This document shows, in pieces, positions 1 through 10,150 of a stretch of DNA of 64,000 bases. Every line of letters starts with the position of its first letter. The stretch's first letter is position 1. This stretch comes from an uncultured Mycobacterium sp. (GTDB lineage Bacteria > Actinomycetota > Actinomycetes > Mycobacteriales > Mycobacteriaceae), in NCBI GenBank assembly GCA_964413455.1, contig CAYPTG010000001.1, forward strand, positions 7,246 through 71,245. The letters are read 5' to 3'. The notes beneath the pieces are model-generated. The model was not told where the DNA came from and made no database searches. It worked only from the letters and a program-made list of their open reading frames with translations. A program made the position numbers and the translations under genes.

Positions 1-319
1 CGGAAGCAGATCCAGACTCCGCCAAGTACCGCTGCACCGTCCATTCCCACCACAGGCGGGTCCCGCCCTGACCCGAGTCGCCGCCGACCACATCAGCGGA
101 GGGGAAGTCCACCGGAAGGCCGCGGCCGATGCGCACCGCGACCTGCTGGCGCGACAGCGCAGACAACGGCTCTCCCAGCCGATCGGAATGACACTCCTTG
201 ATCACCAGCACCGCATCCTCGGCCTCGCCACTATCGCGGATCTGGAACGTACCCTCCGGTGTCACCAAAAAACTCGGGCCCCACGGCCCGCCACCACCAA
301 CCTCTAGGCCTTCAGTCAT
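1..319 (-). CDS. hypothetical protein, partial (runs off the window edge)
   Basis: ATG at 319 overlaps the TGA of the upstream ORF (ATGA); open frame MTEGLEVGGGGPWGPSF...WWEWTVQRYLAESGSAS to position 1. Confidence 0.55.
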   Translation of the reverse strand, partial: MTEGLEVGGGGPWGPSFLVTPEGTFQIRDSGEAEDAVLVIKECHSDRLGEPLSALSRQQVAVRIGRGLPVDFPSADVVGGDSGQGGTRLWWEWTVQRYLAESGSAS

Positions 320-651
320 CGCCGCACCCCAGCTCCGCGGCCGCTACCTGGCCGATACGGCGGCAGCTGGTCAGCCAGCGCCGCCGGCAGCGCACCGCTG
401 CGCCACTTGGCCCGCAAACCCTCCACCGCCGCAGCAGTACGCCCCAGCATCAACGCCACCTCAGGCACCGGAAGCGACACATCCAACGCCACTCGCGCGT
501 CGCTTACCGTCCACCGCGCACGATGCTGGTGCGCCCCGCTGGCAGTGCGCGCGGCACGGCGGGCCGTATAGGCCTGCCGCTCAGAGCGTGATTTCCGGGT
601 GTGGGGTGATGGCGCAGGGTCCGTGGTGGCCTGTGCGTTCTCCAAGGTCAT
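316..651 (-). CDS. hypothetical protein, possible HTH (VPEVALMLGRTAAAV)
   Basis: 111-aa ORF; TAGGGT -10-like box 6 nt before the ATG; coupled to the next gene. Confidence 0.6.
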   Translation of the reverse strand: MTLENAQATTDPAPSPHTRKSRSERQAYTARRAARTASGAHQHRARWTVSDARVALDVSLPVPEVALMLGRTAAAVEGLRAKWRSGALPAALADQLPPYRPGSGRGAGVRR

Positions 652-808
652 ACCAGGACCCTACCCTCATACTAGCTATTTAAGGGGTATGAGACACGCG
701 GGTCTGTCGTGTGAACATCAAACGGATCCGAGCGGTCAAGATTTTGAGGGGCGGGGATAGCGCGGTCAGAGGCAGGTTTTGCCCGGGTCGTTGGATACCG
801 TCACTCCC

Positions 809-1198
809 ATGCCCACTACGTCTTCCGTCTCGCTGGCCTCCCCCACCCAAGCCGCCGAAGGCGGCTTCTACGTTCACTACGACGGCGACGACGTCGGGCA
901 CCAGCTGGGGCGGCTGATCGAACGTGACGGCTACCCAACGGTGTTCGAAATGTTCCGCGATCAACCGTCCCGCTTCTGGCGCCACCTCGATGCCGACACA
1001 GGACAGGAGCTACCAGAGTTCGTAACCCAGTTCCCGGACTACGCGCGGTGCTGCCTGGCTGTCCCGCGCTACGGTGTGCTGTTCGTCGGACCCGCCGAAC
1101 TGCAAGCCTCCACTCAGGTTGAAACCGTGAATCCTGCCACCGATATGGACCGCGGCTACGCCGTGAACCGAACCGGCGCGGTTCGCGTGATCCGCTAA
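809..1198 (+). CDS. hypothetical protein (YVHYDG motif, mobile-element type)
   Basis: Protein-like composition; TACCGT-N7-ATG leaderless start. Confidence 0.65.
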   Translation: MPTTSSVSLASPTQAAEGGFYVHYDGDDVGHQLGRLIERDGYPTVFEMFRDQPSRFWRHLDADTGQELPEFVTQFPDYARCCLAVPRYGVLFVGPAELQASTQVETVNPATDMDRGYAVNRTGAVRVIR

Positions 1199-1202
1199 GC
1201 CG

Positions 1203-1586
1203 TCAGGCGAAACCCTCCCTGCGCAGGACCACCGCAAGGACCGGTTTCCCGAGCAGGACCGGCGGAGTGATTCGTCCGAGCTTCAACTCTAAAGCAGTGG
1301 CTGGCCGGGCAGCCTGTCGTATGGCCTCGTCACGGCGTTCGAATGCGCCGAGGTAGTCCTGCTCCCCGTGGCGGTCAAGTGCTTGAACTTCCCAGAGTGG
1401 CGTGGCGGCGATGCGACTGAAGCCCCTCTCATACCCGTCGACGAGGACCGGGGTGTCCGGCGGCAGAAGCAGAAGGCGCTCGATGAGCTCACCTGTGGTC
1501 ACACAAGGACCGATCGGAAGATCGGTTCCACCCGATATGTCTTCACCGTTTTGCTCGGCCATCATGGTCCCAACTATCCCCGACAC
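1203..1586 (-). CDS. hypothetical protein
   Basis: TTGELIERLLLLPPDTPVLVDGYE resembles small phage/plasmid hypothetical proteins. Confidence 0.6.
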   Translation of the reverse strand: MSGIVGTMMAEQNGEDISGGTDLPIGPCVTTGELIERLLLLPPDTPVLVDGYERGFSRIAATPLWEVQALDRHGEQDYLGAFERRDEAIRQAARPATALELKLGRITPPVLLGKPVLAVVLRREGFA

Positions 1587-1924
1587 AGGCCAGGGTAGTC
1601 CGCGGCAAGAGCCTCGCGGAGCGCCGAAGCGTCCAACGGGCCGAAGTCGTGCACCACCGATTCAAGCGTGTCCGGTATGCGCTCGGTATCCGGGTCGGCT
1701 GGGTCGCCGACACCCCATCTGACGCTTTGCTTGATGCGGTAACCGTGCCCATTTGGCCCGATGACGTAGGCGGACAGTGCCCGTTCGATTCCAGTGGAAT
1801 CCTTCAGGCTGACGTAGTAGGTCGGGGAATCGAGCCATCCGCCGTCAGGCAGAAATGGCAGCAGCAGAGGCGGGACGAAGACGTCGTTGGCTTCCAGTTC
1901 CGGCGTGAGTCCGCTCACCGTGAC
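1574..1924 (-). CDS. hypothetical protein (start uncertain)
   Basis: Only the C-terminal part of ORF 1574..2152 looks protein-like. Confidence 0.5.
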   Translation of the reverse strand, partial: VTVSGLTPELEANDVFVPPLLLPFLPDGGWLDSPTYYVSLKDSTGIERALSAYVIGPNGHGYRIKQSVRWGVGDPADPDTERIPDTLESVVHDFGPLDASALREALAADYPGLCRG

Positions 1925-2028
1925 CCCAGCGGCCCGTGATCTTCCTTGAGTCGCGCCAGCGCTCGACCTTGCGCACGGCGAGACCGCCTCATGCCGAAGT
2001 GCCGTGCGACGCTGCCCGCAACCGCACT

Positions 2029-2073
2029 CCGTGACAGGTTCGGCTGGGACCGACCCAGTCGAACCTGTCACGG
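2029..2073. repeat. 20-bp inverted repeat/hairpin with 5-nt loop (terminator-like)
   Basis: CCGTGACAGGTTCGGCTGGG-ACCGA-CCCAGTCGAACCTGTCACGG, one mismatch. Confidence 0.75.
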
Positions 2074-2123
2074 GGGGGCTGATCGAGGTCGACGATGTTG
2101 AGGTGATCCATCGAAATCCGCCT

Positions 2124-2477
2124 TTACCGTGCCGGTTCTGTAGGTGGGTCACGCCGCGACCAGCTGTCGCGACTGGGGCTTAGTTCGTCCTCAAAGGCCT
2201 CCCACTCAGATCCATCGGCGAACCTGATGGTGTAACTGAAGGGCATCCCTTGCTCGGTGCGATCCTCCCGGCTCATTCCCGCAGAGTCGTTTACGTGCAA
2301 CTCGATCACGGTCACGAGCTGGTGAGAGCGGTACCAGATTTGTGCATCGCTTGATTGGTGGCTCTCCCAGCAGTGATATTCGAACCACAACACCGAATCT
2401 GCCTGGTACGCGCCGTCTTCGGTCGGATGCGTGATGGGCTTGGGAGCAGCTGAAGTCGTCATTGCGATGTCCTTCAT
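2124..2477 (-). CDS. hypothetical protein
   Basis: 117-aa ORF with globular, aromatic-rich composition. Confidence 0.65.
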   Translation of the reverse strand: MKDIAMTTSAAPKPITHPTEDGAYQADSVLWFEYHCWESHQSSDAQIWYRSHQLVTVIELHVNDSAGMSREDRTEQGMPFSYTIRFADGSEWEAFEDELSPSRDSWSRRDPPTEPAR

Positions 2478-2613
2478 GCCGACGACTTGTAGGGCGAGAC
2501 TGTGCGCTCATCCAGGTGCCAGAGCTTACGCCGTACGCTCACCGCTGCGGGGAGCGTGGTTCCGGACGTCCCGGAGCGACAGTTGCAACTGTCGTTCGAT
2601 GACCTCATCACCG

Positions 2614-2859
2614 CTAGCGCCCCTCCTGAACCGTCTTCCAGCCCACGACTACATCCTCGACGGTTTCGACATAGTCATTGGCCATCGACCCGTTTTCCGA
2701 CCAGAGATCGAATATCCGATCGCGTAGCTGATCGTCGGCGGGTTGGGTGCCTGACCAGTCGTCGGGGAAGTCGTCGGGCACCTCGACCTGGAACTGGAAC
2801 ACGTTGGTTTCCTGGATGGTGATCGCGATGGTTTTCATCGGCTCCACTCCACTTCTCAT
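2614..2859 (-). CDS. small acidic hypothetical protein
   Basis: MKTIAITIQETNVFQFQVEVPDD; GGAG RBS before the internal ATG. Confidence 0.6.
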   Translation of the reverse strand: MRSGVEPMKTIAITIQETNVFQFQVEVPDDFPDDWSGTQPADDQLRDRIFDLWSENGSMANDYVETVEDVVVGWKTVQEGR

Positions 2860-2919
2860 AACGCTGTTGCTGTGCGGTGTGTGCGAACAGCATCCGGGTC
2901 GTCCTTAGATCCGATCTTC

Positions 2920-2945
2920 CCTGCCGGGGCCGCGGCCCCGGCAGG
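2920..2945. repeat. perfect 26-bp GC-rich palindrome (terminator-like)
   Basis: CCTGCCGGGGCCG|CGGCCCCGGCAGG, downstream of the minus-strand ORF 3006..3284. Confidence 0.7.
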
Positions 2946-3005
2946 ATGACACGTTCGGAAGCGGCACAACCTACGCGTACCCGGCACGCGCGCGGCGTAG
3001 CGGCG

Positions 3006-3284
3006 TTATCCCAGCGACCTCAGTAGACGGTCTGAGGTGAGCTCGGCTTCACCGTCCAGGATTAACTCGGTTAACGCCCTGCTGGTTATAGAAGGGGGAA
3101 CCCCGGCGCGAGTCATCTCAGCCACTACCTCTCCCAGAGGCACCCCTTCGGCGGTGATCATCGTCGTCAACTCGCTGCGCACCTCTGCCGGCAACGCTGT
3201 GCCGATGTCGCGCTGCTCTTGTCGCCGGCCGTCCGGGGCTGGAGCCTCGTCGGGGCGGTTAGCTGGCCGAGAAGGACTCCACAT
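3006..3284 (-). CDS. hypothetical protein, possible winged helix
   Basis: 92-aa ORF; pattern VPLGEVVAEM...ITSRALTELILDGEAELTSD. Confidence 0.5.
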   Translation of the reverse strand: MWSPSRPANRPDEAPAPDGRRQEQRDIGTALPAEVRSELTTMITAEGVPLGEVVAEMTRAGVPPSITSRALTELILDGEAELTSDRLLRSLG

Positions 3285-3370
3285 ACTCAGCGGACCGCCG
3301 GCGCGCTCACGACGTCAGCTCCGAATAGTCCATGGGTCGCCGCGGCGCACAAAGCAGCCGCGGGGCGCGC

Positions 3371-4978
3371 TCACCCACGCCCTGGCCGCTTGCCGAGGCC
3401 GCCGCTGGGGCCATCGTTACCGGTGGCGCCGGTCGATCCGTCCGTGCCGCGTGTCCCCGGCGAGCCGGTGGTGGATCCGGTCAAACCGATACCGACCCCG
3501 CCGAGGCCAGGCAGGCCGCCTGGGCCGCCGGGAGCACCGGCGCCGCCCGGGCCTCCGGTGCCGGGGGTGCCGTTAGGCCCGGCGCCGCCGATTCCGCCGA
3601 TCGCTCCACGCCCAGCCGACCCTCCGGCGCCGCCGTTCCCCCCGGCGCCACCCGTGCCGCCGTCACCGCCGTCGCCGCCGTCACCGCCTACGCCGGAACC
3701 GAAGGTGGAGGTGGCTGATCCGCCGGCAGCGCCGAGGCCGCCGGCCCCGCCAATCGCCCACGAGTCCCCCCCGGCGCCGCCGGTGCCGCCGTTACCTCCA
3801 GCGCCGCCGGCACCGAGAATGGTTCCGTGGCCTCCGGCGCCGCCGTTGCCGCCGGGGTTTCCGTCGCCGCCGGGGACTCCTGCTCCCCCGTTGCCGCCGG
3901 CCCCGCCGTTGCCGCCCGTTGCGTTGCCGGCGATAGACACCGACGAGTTCGCTGATCCGCCGAGGCCGCCGGCCCCGCCGAGTGCTCCACCTGTCGGCGC
4001 GGCGTCTCCGCCGCGGCCGCCGTTGCCGCCGGTCGCGTTGCCGGTGACTGCCACCGCGGATCCGCCGACGCCGCCGAGGCCGCCCACTCCCAGGATTCCT
4101 TCCCCGCTGCCGGGGCCGCCGGGCTCGCCGGGGCCGGCGGTCGCGCTGGCCACGTCGATAGCGCTGGCGCCGGGCTCTCCGGGGCTGCCCGGGCTACCCC
4201 CCGGCGGGTTGACGACGGTGAGGGACCCGGCCAGCCCGTTGCCGCCGTTGCCGCCGGCGCCGCCGTTGCCGAACAGGGTGAGCAGGCCCGCCGAGCCGCC
4301 GTTGCCGCCGTTGCCGCCGGCACCGTGGGTGACCAGCAGCAGCGTGTACCCGTCGCCGCCGTCCCCGCCGTTACCGCCGTTGCCGCCGAGTGACCAGATC
4401 CCCGCCGAGCCGCCGTTGCCGCCGTTTGCGGCAGCGCCGCCCGCGCCCCCGTGCCCGCCGTTGCCCCAGAACAGGCCGCCGTTGCCGCCGTTGCCGCCGG
4501 CGGTGTCGGCCAGCAGCCCGGCGGCGCCGTTGCCGCCGTTGCCCATCAGCAGGCCGCCGTTGCCGCCGTTCGCTCCGGGCAGGACCCCGTTGGAGCCGTT
4601 GGAAATGAAGATATTGAGAATCGGGATGTTGCCGCACTGCTCTACGAATTGGTCGATCGCGCCGTTAAACGCCGATCCGGCCCCGGCCAGCGCTGCCAAC
4701 GGGGGCAGCTGACCGGTGGCCAATGACGCAGTCGGCGCCGGCGAGCCGGCACCGGAGTCGCCCAGTAGGCAGGTCAGGGTGACGCAGCCGACGGAGTCGG
4801 CAGCGGTGAAGTCCGGCATGACGGGCGTCGAACCATTGTCGGCGAAGGAGTGGGGCGCGGCGAACACCGCCGCCGCGGCCAAGCCGGTTCCGATGCCGGC
4901 CACGCCGGCTACCCGGCGCCCCCTGCGTAGGGTGCGCACAGGTTCGATGTGGAGTGAATTCTTCAGTGAGCTGATCAT
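3371..4978 (-). CDS. PGRS-repeat glycine-rich protein with signal peptide, no PE domain
   Basis: GGNGGAGG repeats and [10 protein letters not shown] motifs; basic N-terminus followed by a hydrophobic stretch ([29 protein letters not shown]). Confidence 0.85.
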   Translation of the reverse strand: MISSLKNSLHIEPVRTLRRGRRVAGVAGIGTGLAAAAVFAAPHSFADNGSTPVMPDFTAADSVGCVTLTCLLGDSGAGSPAPTASLATGQLPPLAALAGAGSAFNGAIDQFVEQCGNIPILNIFISNGSNGVLPGANGGNGGLLMGNGGNGAAGLLADTAGGNGGNGGLFWGNGGHGGAGGAAANGGNGGSAGIWSLGGNGGNGGDGGDGYTLLLVTHGAGGNGGNGGSAGLLTLFGNGGAGGNGGNGLAGSLTVVNPPGGSPGSPGEPGASAIDVASATAGPGEPGGPGSGEGILGVGGLGGVGGSAVAVTGNATGGNGGRGGDAAPTGGALGGAGGLGGSANSSVSIAGNATGGNGGAGGNGGAGVPGGDGNPGGNGGAGGHGTILGAGGAGGNGGTGGAGGDSWAIGGAGGLGAAGGSATSTFGSGVGGDGGDGGDGGTGGAGGNGGAGGSAGRGAIGGIGGAGPNGTPGTGGPGGAGAPGGPGGLPGLGGVGIGLTGSTTGSPGTRGTDGSTGATGNDGPSGGLGKRPGRG

Positions 4979-5079
4979 GGCCGGGTGTCCTTCCGGGTTA
5001 ATGGGTTGGGTCGACACCGAGGCACGTGCGTGTCCGGCGAGAGGGCGTGAGACGCGCGCGCCCTGTAACGGTCCATGGG

Positions 5080-7260
5080 TCATCGGGCCGCCGATCTCGT
5101 AGCGCGGGGCGCTGGGGCCTTGCTGGCGGTGCCGGATTCGGCAGACCCGCCGGCGGCCGGGATTCCCGCCCGGCCGCCGGCGTCGCCTGCCTCGCCCGAC
5201 CCCGGCGAGGCTCCACCCCGAACCGTGGGCTGAAGTGCTAGGGGTTTGAGCACTTCTTGCCCCGGTGCGACGTCTGGTGTCGCGGCGGGGTGATCCGCCG
5301 GCGGCAACGATGGGGTGGTGGAGGTGTCGTTGGCGGCCGGGGGGGCCGCGGCCGCGGCGGGTGGGGCTTCCCCGGCGGGGGGTGGCGCGTCCTCTGGGGA
5401 GGCCAACGGTGAAGCGTTGCGTGAGGGACGGACGGCCGCGCTGGGCTGTGGGTCTGCAGGGACTCCGGCGGGCGGTCCCTCACCCACTGGGGCGTCGATT
5501 ACCGCGGGCGGGCTTGATGCTGCAGGGGCAACAACCGCCGGCGGCTCGTTGGGGTAGCGCGCCGCGGCGGGGCTGGCGGCGGCCGCGGCGGCGGGGTGAG
5601 ACGCCAGTTGATCAAGGCGCGCGGCGATCGGCTGCAGGGCCGCCTCGACCTTGTCGTAGACCGGGTTGGCGGCGATCCGCACCGCTTCCAGTGCGTCGCG
5701 GATCGCGTGGGCCACGCCGATGACGAGCGCGTTGTTGAGGATCCCGGACAGGTCTTGGCCGCCCAGTGTCAGGTGAAAGCTCTCCGGGGACAACAAGTTT
5801 TCGTTGATCCCCCGCACGAGTGCATTGGCCACAACTTGGGGTAGTTGGAGGAAGTCGACGGCACTCATCGTCGAACCGAGCAGGCCGGGGCTGACACCCG
5901 CCATGTCGAGGCTGCGGGCCACGGTCGGTACACCGTCTGTGTAGACGATCCGTGCGTCTTGGTAACCGGCGTCGACGAGGGGGGTCAGTACCCCCTTCAA
6001 GGTGTCGATGAGCGGGGTTGGGATATCGGTGTTGAGGACGTAGCTGAGCAGGCGCGGAAGGACCGCCAGCGGCTCGAGTAGGGGCAGGTTCCCGGAGTCG
6101 AAAGTGAGGTAGGTGGCGTTTCCGGGCATCTCGAACAACGCCAGGAATGGGTCGACAAGCTGCGGGGCGAGTAGGTGTAGCGCGTTCAAGAAGGGGCCCA
6201 GCACCGGCACCAGCGATAGACCCTGCCCGCCGGAGGGGTCCAGGGTCGCGGCGGCGGCGTCCGCGGCGCCGGCCAATGCGCCGGGGATCACGTCGGCGAC
6301 GGCGGTGGTCAGGTAGTCCCGGTCGGGGATCAGATAGGTCGGGAACGCGGCGCCCATCAGGGTGTTCATCCAGGCCAGCGGGTTGGTCAAGCTGGTGGGG
6401 ATGTCACTGAGGAGGTCGTATTTCAGGCCGATGTCGGTGTAGGAGACGTTGAGAACCTGCTGGCCGTCCGGGGACAGGTAGCTGCCCGCTTCGGGGTTCA
6501 TCAAGTCAAGGCCGAATTTACTGGCAATCGGATCGAACAGGCCCCATAGGCCGCCGCCGGGGCGCGACGGGTTGCGGAACAGAAGGGCCGTCGCTGCGGT
6601 CACGCCAGGGTTGACGTGGCTGGGGTTGGCGGGGTCCCCGCCCCACGACGGGCTGCCTGCCTTGACGGTGTCGATCATTGCCCTCAAGGCCCGTGCGGCT
6701 TGGGTTGCGCCCATGCTCTCGGCGGCGATCACCGCCCGCCTCTGGTTGATCATCGGGCCGGCGGCGTTTTTGATCGCGGCGTAGAGGGGGTTGGACGGCT
6801 CGATGCCGATGAGGGCGGCCATGGCGTCGGCGCTGTAACTCAGGCCGTTGACCCGCTGGTAGATCTCCTGGTGATTGTTGACCAGCCCGGTGTCGAGGGG
6901 GCCGAACTCCTCCAGGGCGGTGACCAGGTGCGTGATCGCTTCGGTCAGGACCGGGACGTTGAGGGAGTCGACGATGGTGGTCAACGCCGAGAGGGGGTCG
7001 CCCAGGCCGAAGAGTCCAAGCATCTCGAACATGGGTCCGCTGGTGTAGACGCCTACCGGCTGGCTGGCGAGCAGCTCGACGTCGGCGGTGATCTGGCGGA
7101 TGTCGCCGGCCAGGGAGGCTGCTTCAGTGTGTGGGCGCAAGACTTGCCCGGCGTTGGGAGCAAGCACACCGGCGGAGAGGGCGGCGGCGGCCGTGATCGC
7201 TGTGGCGGCAAATGCGGTGCGTGCAGCGAGCAACTTAGGAGAGTTGGCGGTAGTGAACAT
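5080..7260 (-). CDS. PE-PPE domain-containing secreted protein with Pro/Ala-rich tail
   Basis: [41 protein letters not shown] and LVDAGY motifs; signal-like N-terminus. Confidence 0.8.
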   Translation of the reverse strand: MFTTANSPKLLAARTAFAATAITAAAALSAGVLAPNAGQVLRPHTEAASLAGDIRQITADVELLASQPVGVYTSGPMFEMLGLFGLGDPLSALTTIVDSLNVPVLTEAITHLVTALEEFGPLDTGLVNNHQEIYQRVNGLSYSADAMAALIGIEPSNPLYAAIKNAAGPMINQRRAVIAAESMGATQAARALRAMIDTVKAGSPSWGGDPANPSHVNPGVTAATALLFRNPSRPGGGLWGLFDPIASKFGLDLMNPEAGSYLSPDGQQVLNVSYTDIGLKYDLLSDIPTSLTNPLAWMNTLMGAAFPTYLIPDRDYLTTAVADVIPGALAGAADAAAATLDPSGGQGLSLVPVLGPFLNALHLLAPQLVDPFLALFEMPGNATYLTFDSGNLPLLEPLAVLPRLLSYVLNTDIPTPLIDTLKGVLTPLVDAGYQDARIVYTDGVPTVARSLDMAGVSPGLLGSTMSAVDFLQLPQVVANALVRGINENLLSPESFHLTLGGQDLSGILNNALVIGVAHAIRDALEAVRIAANPVYDKVEAALQPIAARLDQLASHPAAAAAASPAAARYPNEPPAVVAPAASSPPAVIDAPVGEGPPAGVPADPQPSAAVRPSRNASPLASPEDAPPPAGEAPPAAAAAPPAANDTSTTPSLPPADHPAATPDVAPGQEVLKPLALQPTVRGGASPGSGEAGDAGGRAGIPAAGGSAESGTASKAPAPRATRSAAR

Positions 7261-7330
7261 CGACTTAGCCCCCATGCCTGTTGGACATACTCTTTGGCGG
7301 GAGGTTAGCGGCCCAATCCGGTGGGCCGCA

Positions 7331-7407
7331 AGCGTTTCGTGGAACTCCCGAGTGTCCGTGTGCGCCATCCAAAAAACGAAACGCTAAATCAGAAAACGAA
7401 ACGCTAA
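7331..7407. promoter_or_regulatory. putative operator: two direct and one inverted ACGAAACGCT
   Basis: AAAACGAAACGCTAA at 7373 and 7393; AGCGTTTCGT at 7331. Confidence 0.5.
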
Positions 7408-7802
7408 CGTCAAGGGCGACAGCCGATTACCCGAAAACGAGGCCCACAGCCAACCGCGGGCACGCACCCCAACACCATCAGGCGCTGCGAATCCACACGA
7501 TCGAGCAACCCCAACGGCACGCATCATCCGACCCGAACCGCCCATCGCCCAGCAGCCTCCGGCAGCCACCCCGGCGGGCAAAATCCAGCAACGCGTGACC
7601 GGGTCCGGGGCGAACCTCGATAAGTCCTCACCAACGCTGACCTACAGACCAAATCAGCCGCTACCGCACCCCCCGCGGCGCTTACCCTCGCCGCGGCGAC
7701 CCCGCGAGGACGCTCAGCGAATCACGTTCCGCTGCAGCAACATCCAACGCTGCGCACGCAGGAGCGCGCTTCCGCACGCATGCCCGCCGACCCGCATCAT
7801 CA

Positions 7803-9116
7803 TCAGCCCCGGCTGGACTGGGCAGCACGGCCCCGCGCCGTACCCTCGGCCCCCGGCCGGCTCGCCGGCACCGAAGCCCCCAACCGTTGCGACGAGCGCC
7901 CCGCCCCCTGCCGGGAATCCACCTCGGGCGCCACAGGATCCACGATCGCCTCATCGGCCGCCGGCGGGTGGTCTGCCCACGACTCGACTGCAGTCGGACT
8001 AGGGCTGGGCTCGACATCCGTGGCGGGAAGCGCCGCAAGCGTAGACACCTCCAGAGGAGTGGTAGTCATCGACGACGCGGGGGCGGCCTCCTCCAACACC
8101 CGCCGGGCCGGCAGCCCAGCTGCTTCCTGTGATGGCGAAGGGACAGACCCATCCACGTGCTCTGGGGCATCTCCGGAACCTGGCCCTGGATTGGCCTGCG
8201 GGGCCGTCAACGACGTCGCCGCATTCGGCGCGGGGGCGTCGTAACGGGAGTAGCCCGCCTTCACCTTCGGCCATAACTGCGCGTCGAGGGCATCAACAAA
8301 GGCGGCCGGGAGTCCCGCGTCCCGCAGAGGCTGCGTGAGAGGCAGGAACGAAGCCGGTGCCAGATATGTGGTCATCACACCGCCCAAGTGGTTCACCTCG
8401 ACGGTGATGTTCTCGGAGGGGACGTCGGCCAAGTTGACCGTCGCAGTCTGGCCGTGCCGGTAGAGCAGCCCGGCCAGGGCGTTGGCGATCGCGGCGAGGT
8501 TCGGTCGGTCGGGGAAGTCGGCGAATCCGTCGAACGCGTTGACGATGGTTACCGTGTTGTACTGCGATTGCGGGGCTACCCGGGCTAGGTCTGTGTAGTC
8601 CAGCAGGCCCTTGAGGAACACTGCCGGGAGGAACTGCAACACACCGGTTCCCGGCTGGGCGGGGTCGGCGACTCGGATAAAAACGATCGAGTTGGCCGGC
8701 GGGGCAGTCGGGTCGTCGGCAAGCATCTGCTGCACGGCGTCGATGACCAATGCCCCTTGAGAAATGCCCCACACAGCCAGCGTCATACCGGTCTCTAGGC
8801 TGCTGGTGATCATCGGTAGCAGGGTGCCCGCACCGATGGTCACGGACTCGCCCAGCCGCATCCCGTCGGTGGCCGGCCATAATTGTGCCGGGTAGGGGAC
8901 GCTGACCCACACGTTGGAGTAGGTGTTGGTCAGCCGTGACATCAGCTCCTGACCCATGCTCGGGAACGTGGTTCCGCCCACAACAAGTGTCGCCGCGGCC
9001 GAGAACCCCACCGACGCGGCATCGCCAACGGCAGGGGCGGAAGCAGCGGGGGCAGCGGTCGCCAATGTCATCGCCGCCGCGATGCTTGCTGCGGCGACCT
9101 TTCGCCGGGTCAGCAT
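7803..9116 (-). CDS. PE-PPE domain serine hydrolase, secreted
   Basis: GISQG nucleophile elbow, FDGFADFPDRPN...YRH, LPLTQPLR, VKAGYSRYD; signal peptide MLTRRKVAAASIAAAM. Confidence 0.85.
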   Translation of the reverse strand: MLTRRKVAAASIAAAMTLATAAPAASAPAVGDAASVGFSAAATLVVGGTTFPSMGQELMSRLTNTYSNVWVSVPYPAQLWPATDGMRLGESVTIGAGTLLPMITSSLETGMTLAVWGISQGALVIDAVQQMLADDPTAPPANSIVFIRVADPAQPGTGVLQFLPAVFLKGLLDYTDLARVAPQSQYNTVTIVNAFDGFADFPDRPNLAAIANALAGLLYRHGQTATVNLADVPSENITVEVNHLGGVMTTYLAPASFLPLTQPLRDAGLPAAFVDALDAQLWPKVKAGYSRYDAPAPNAATSLTAPQANPGPGSGDAPEHVDGSVPSPSQEAAGLPARRVLEEAAPASSMTTTPLEVSTLAALPATDVEPSPSPTAVESWADHPPAADEAIVDPVAPEVDSRQGAGRSSQRLGASVPASRPGAEGTARGRAAQSSRG

Positions 9117-9457
9117 TCGGACCCGCCGGCCACAGGGTAGATAGCGGTGTACCAGCTGGTGCACTGCTCGGCCCACAGGCCGTGCTCTGACAGTCGCGCA
9201 CGCAGGGCCTCGTGCAACCCATACTGCTCGTAGTCGAGATTGAACGCCGGGGCGTGGTCGCCGCCGTCGTGGGCGACGATCAGCAGCGACGTCAGGCCAT
9301 AACGCTCGCCGCGGTTATGCCACTCCGTCGGGGAGTAGAACCGCCCCCCGCCGCCGTGGTCATCCACGCCCCTCTCCACCAGGAAGTCGCGTATGGCTTC
9401 AGCGGCGGTGACGCCCGCCGGTGAAAGCCCCTCTGGGATAGGCCAGTTATTAGACAT
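9110..9457 (-). CDS. hypothetical protein
   Basis: Globular 115-aa ORF MSNNWPIPEGL...WYTAIYP. Confidence 0.75.
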   Translation of the reverse strand: MSNNWPIPEGLSPAGVTAAEAIRDFLVERGVDDHGGGGRFYSPTEWHNRGERYGLTSLLIVAHDGGDHAPAFNLDYEQYGLHEALRARLSEHGLWAEQCTSWYTAIYPVAGGSEC

Positions 9458-9590
9458 GCGGCCCATCCTCAGCAACCTGACGACGTGTCGCGGCGGACGA
9501 CACGAAACGTGGGTGCTGTTTTTTTCAGTGGCGGAAATAGCTTGTCCTGCAACTGCTTTAGCCCACACGCAGAGATGCTGGACGTTGGCG
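9441..9590. repeat. 150-bp imperfect direct repeat, copy 1 (upstream region plus first codons)
   Basis: Aligns by eye with 9926-10075. Confidence 0.85.
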
Positions 9591-9925
9591 AATAGCCCGG
9601 CGGTTTCGCTTTCAGCGAACTACCGGGCCGTGGGCTAGGCGCGGTGGAACCACCCATCGACCTACCCAACGAGGAGGCGCGCCGGCGCGCTACATCACCG
9701 GCGACATGACCGCTGGCTAATCACCGCGCGGATGCTTCACGAGACGCCCGCCAATAGCTTGGCCGCGACAATTTTCAACGCCGAGCTGGTCACCGACCGG
9801 CATCGCCCTCGGGCCCAGGGGCCAGGTTTCCCCGACGAGCGGGTACAGGATCCCGTGGGTCCAATCCCCTGACCCGGGCCCGCGACCCAACTCTCAGCGG
9901 CCGAAACGGCGGCGCGGAAAGGAGA

Positions 9926-10075
9926 GGCCAGTTGTTAGACATGCGGCCCATCCTCACTAACCTGATGCCATATCGCGGCGGACGACACGAACCATGGATG
10001 CTGTTTTTACCAAGGGCGAAATAGGCTTGGCCTGCAACCGCTTTAGCCCACACGCAGACATTCTGGACGTCGGCG
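9926..10075. repeat. 150-bp imperfect direct repeat, copy 2
   Basis: Shares TTAGACATGCGGCCCATCCTCA, TCGCGGCGGACGACACGAA and GCTTTAGCCCACACGCAGA with copy 1. Confidence 0.85.
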
Positions 10076-10150
10076 GCCGGGCGGAATTTCGACCGCGGCG
10101 ACTCGTGTCGGCCGACGCCGCTGGCAGCAGAGCTACCTACGATCTATAAG

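Noticed and set aside
3400-4600. GCCGCCGTT repeats as a CRISPR or satellite array
   Set aside because: Coding PGRS repeats; no constant repeat with unique spacers
3219-4712. 497-aa proline-rich ORF on the + strand
   Set aside because: Antisense shadow of the Gly-rich PGRS gene
9790-9943. Second MSNNWP-starting ORF as a real gene
   Set aside because: Similarity to the 9110..9457 gene stops after six codons and the rest is not protein-like
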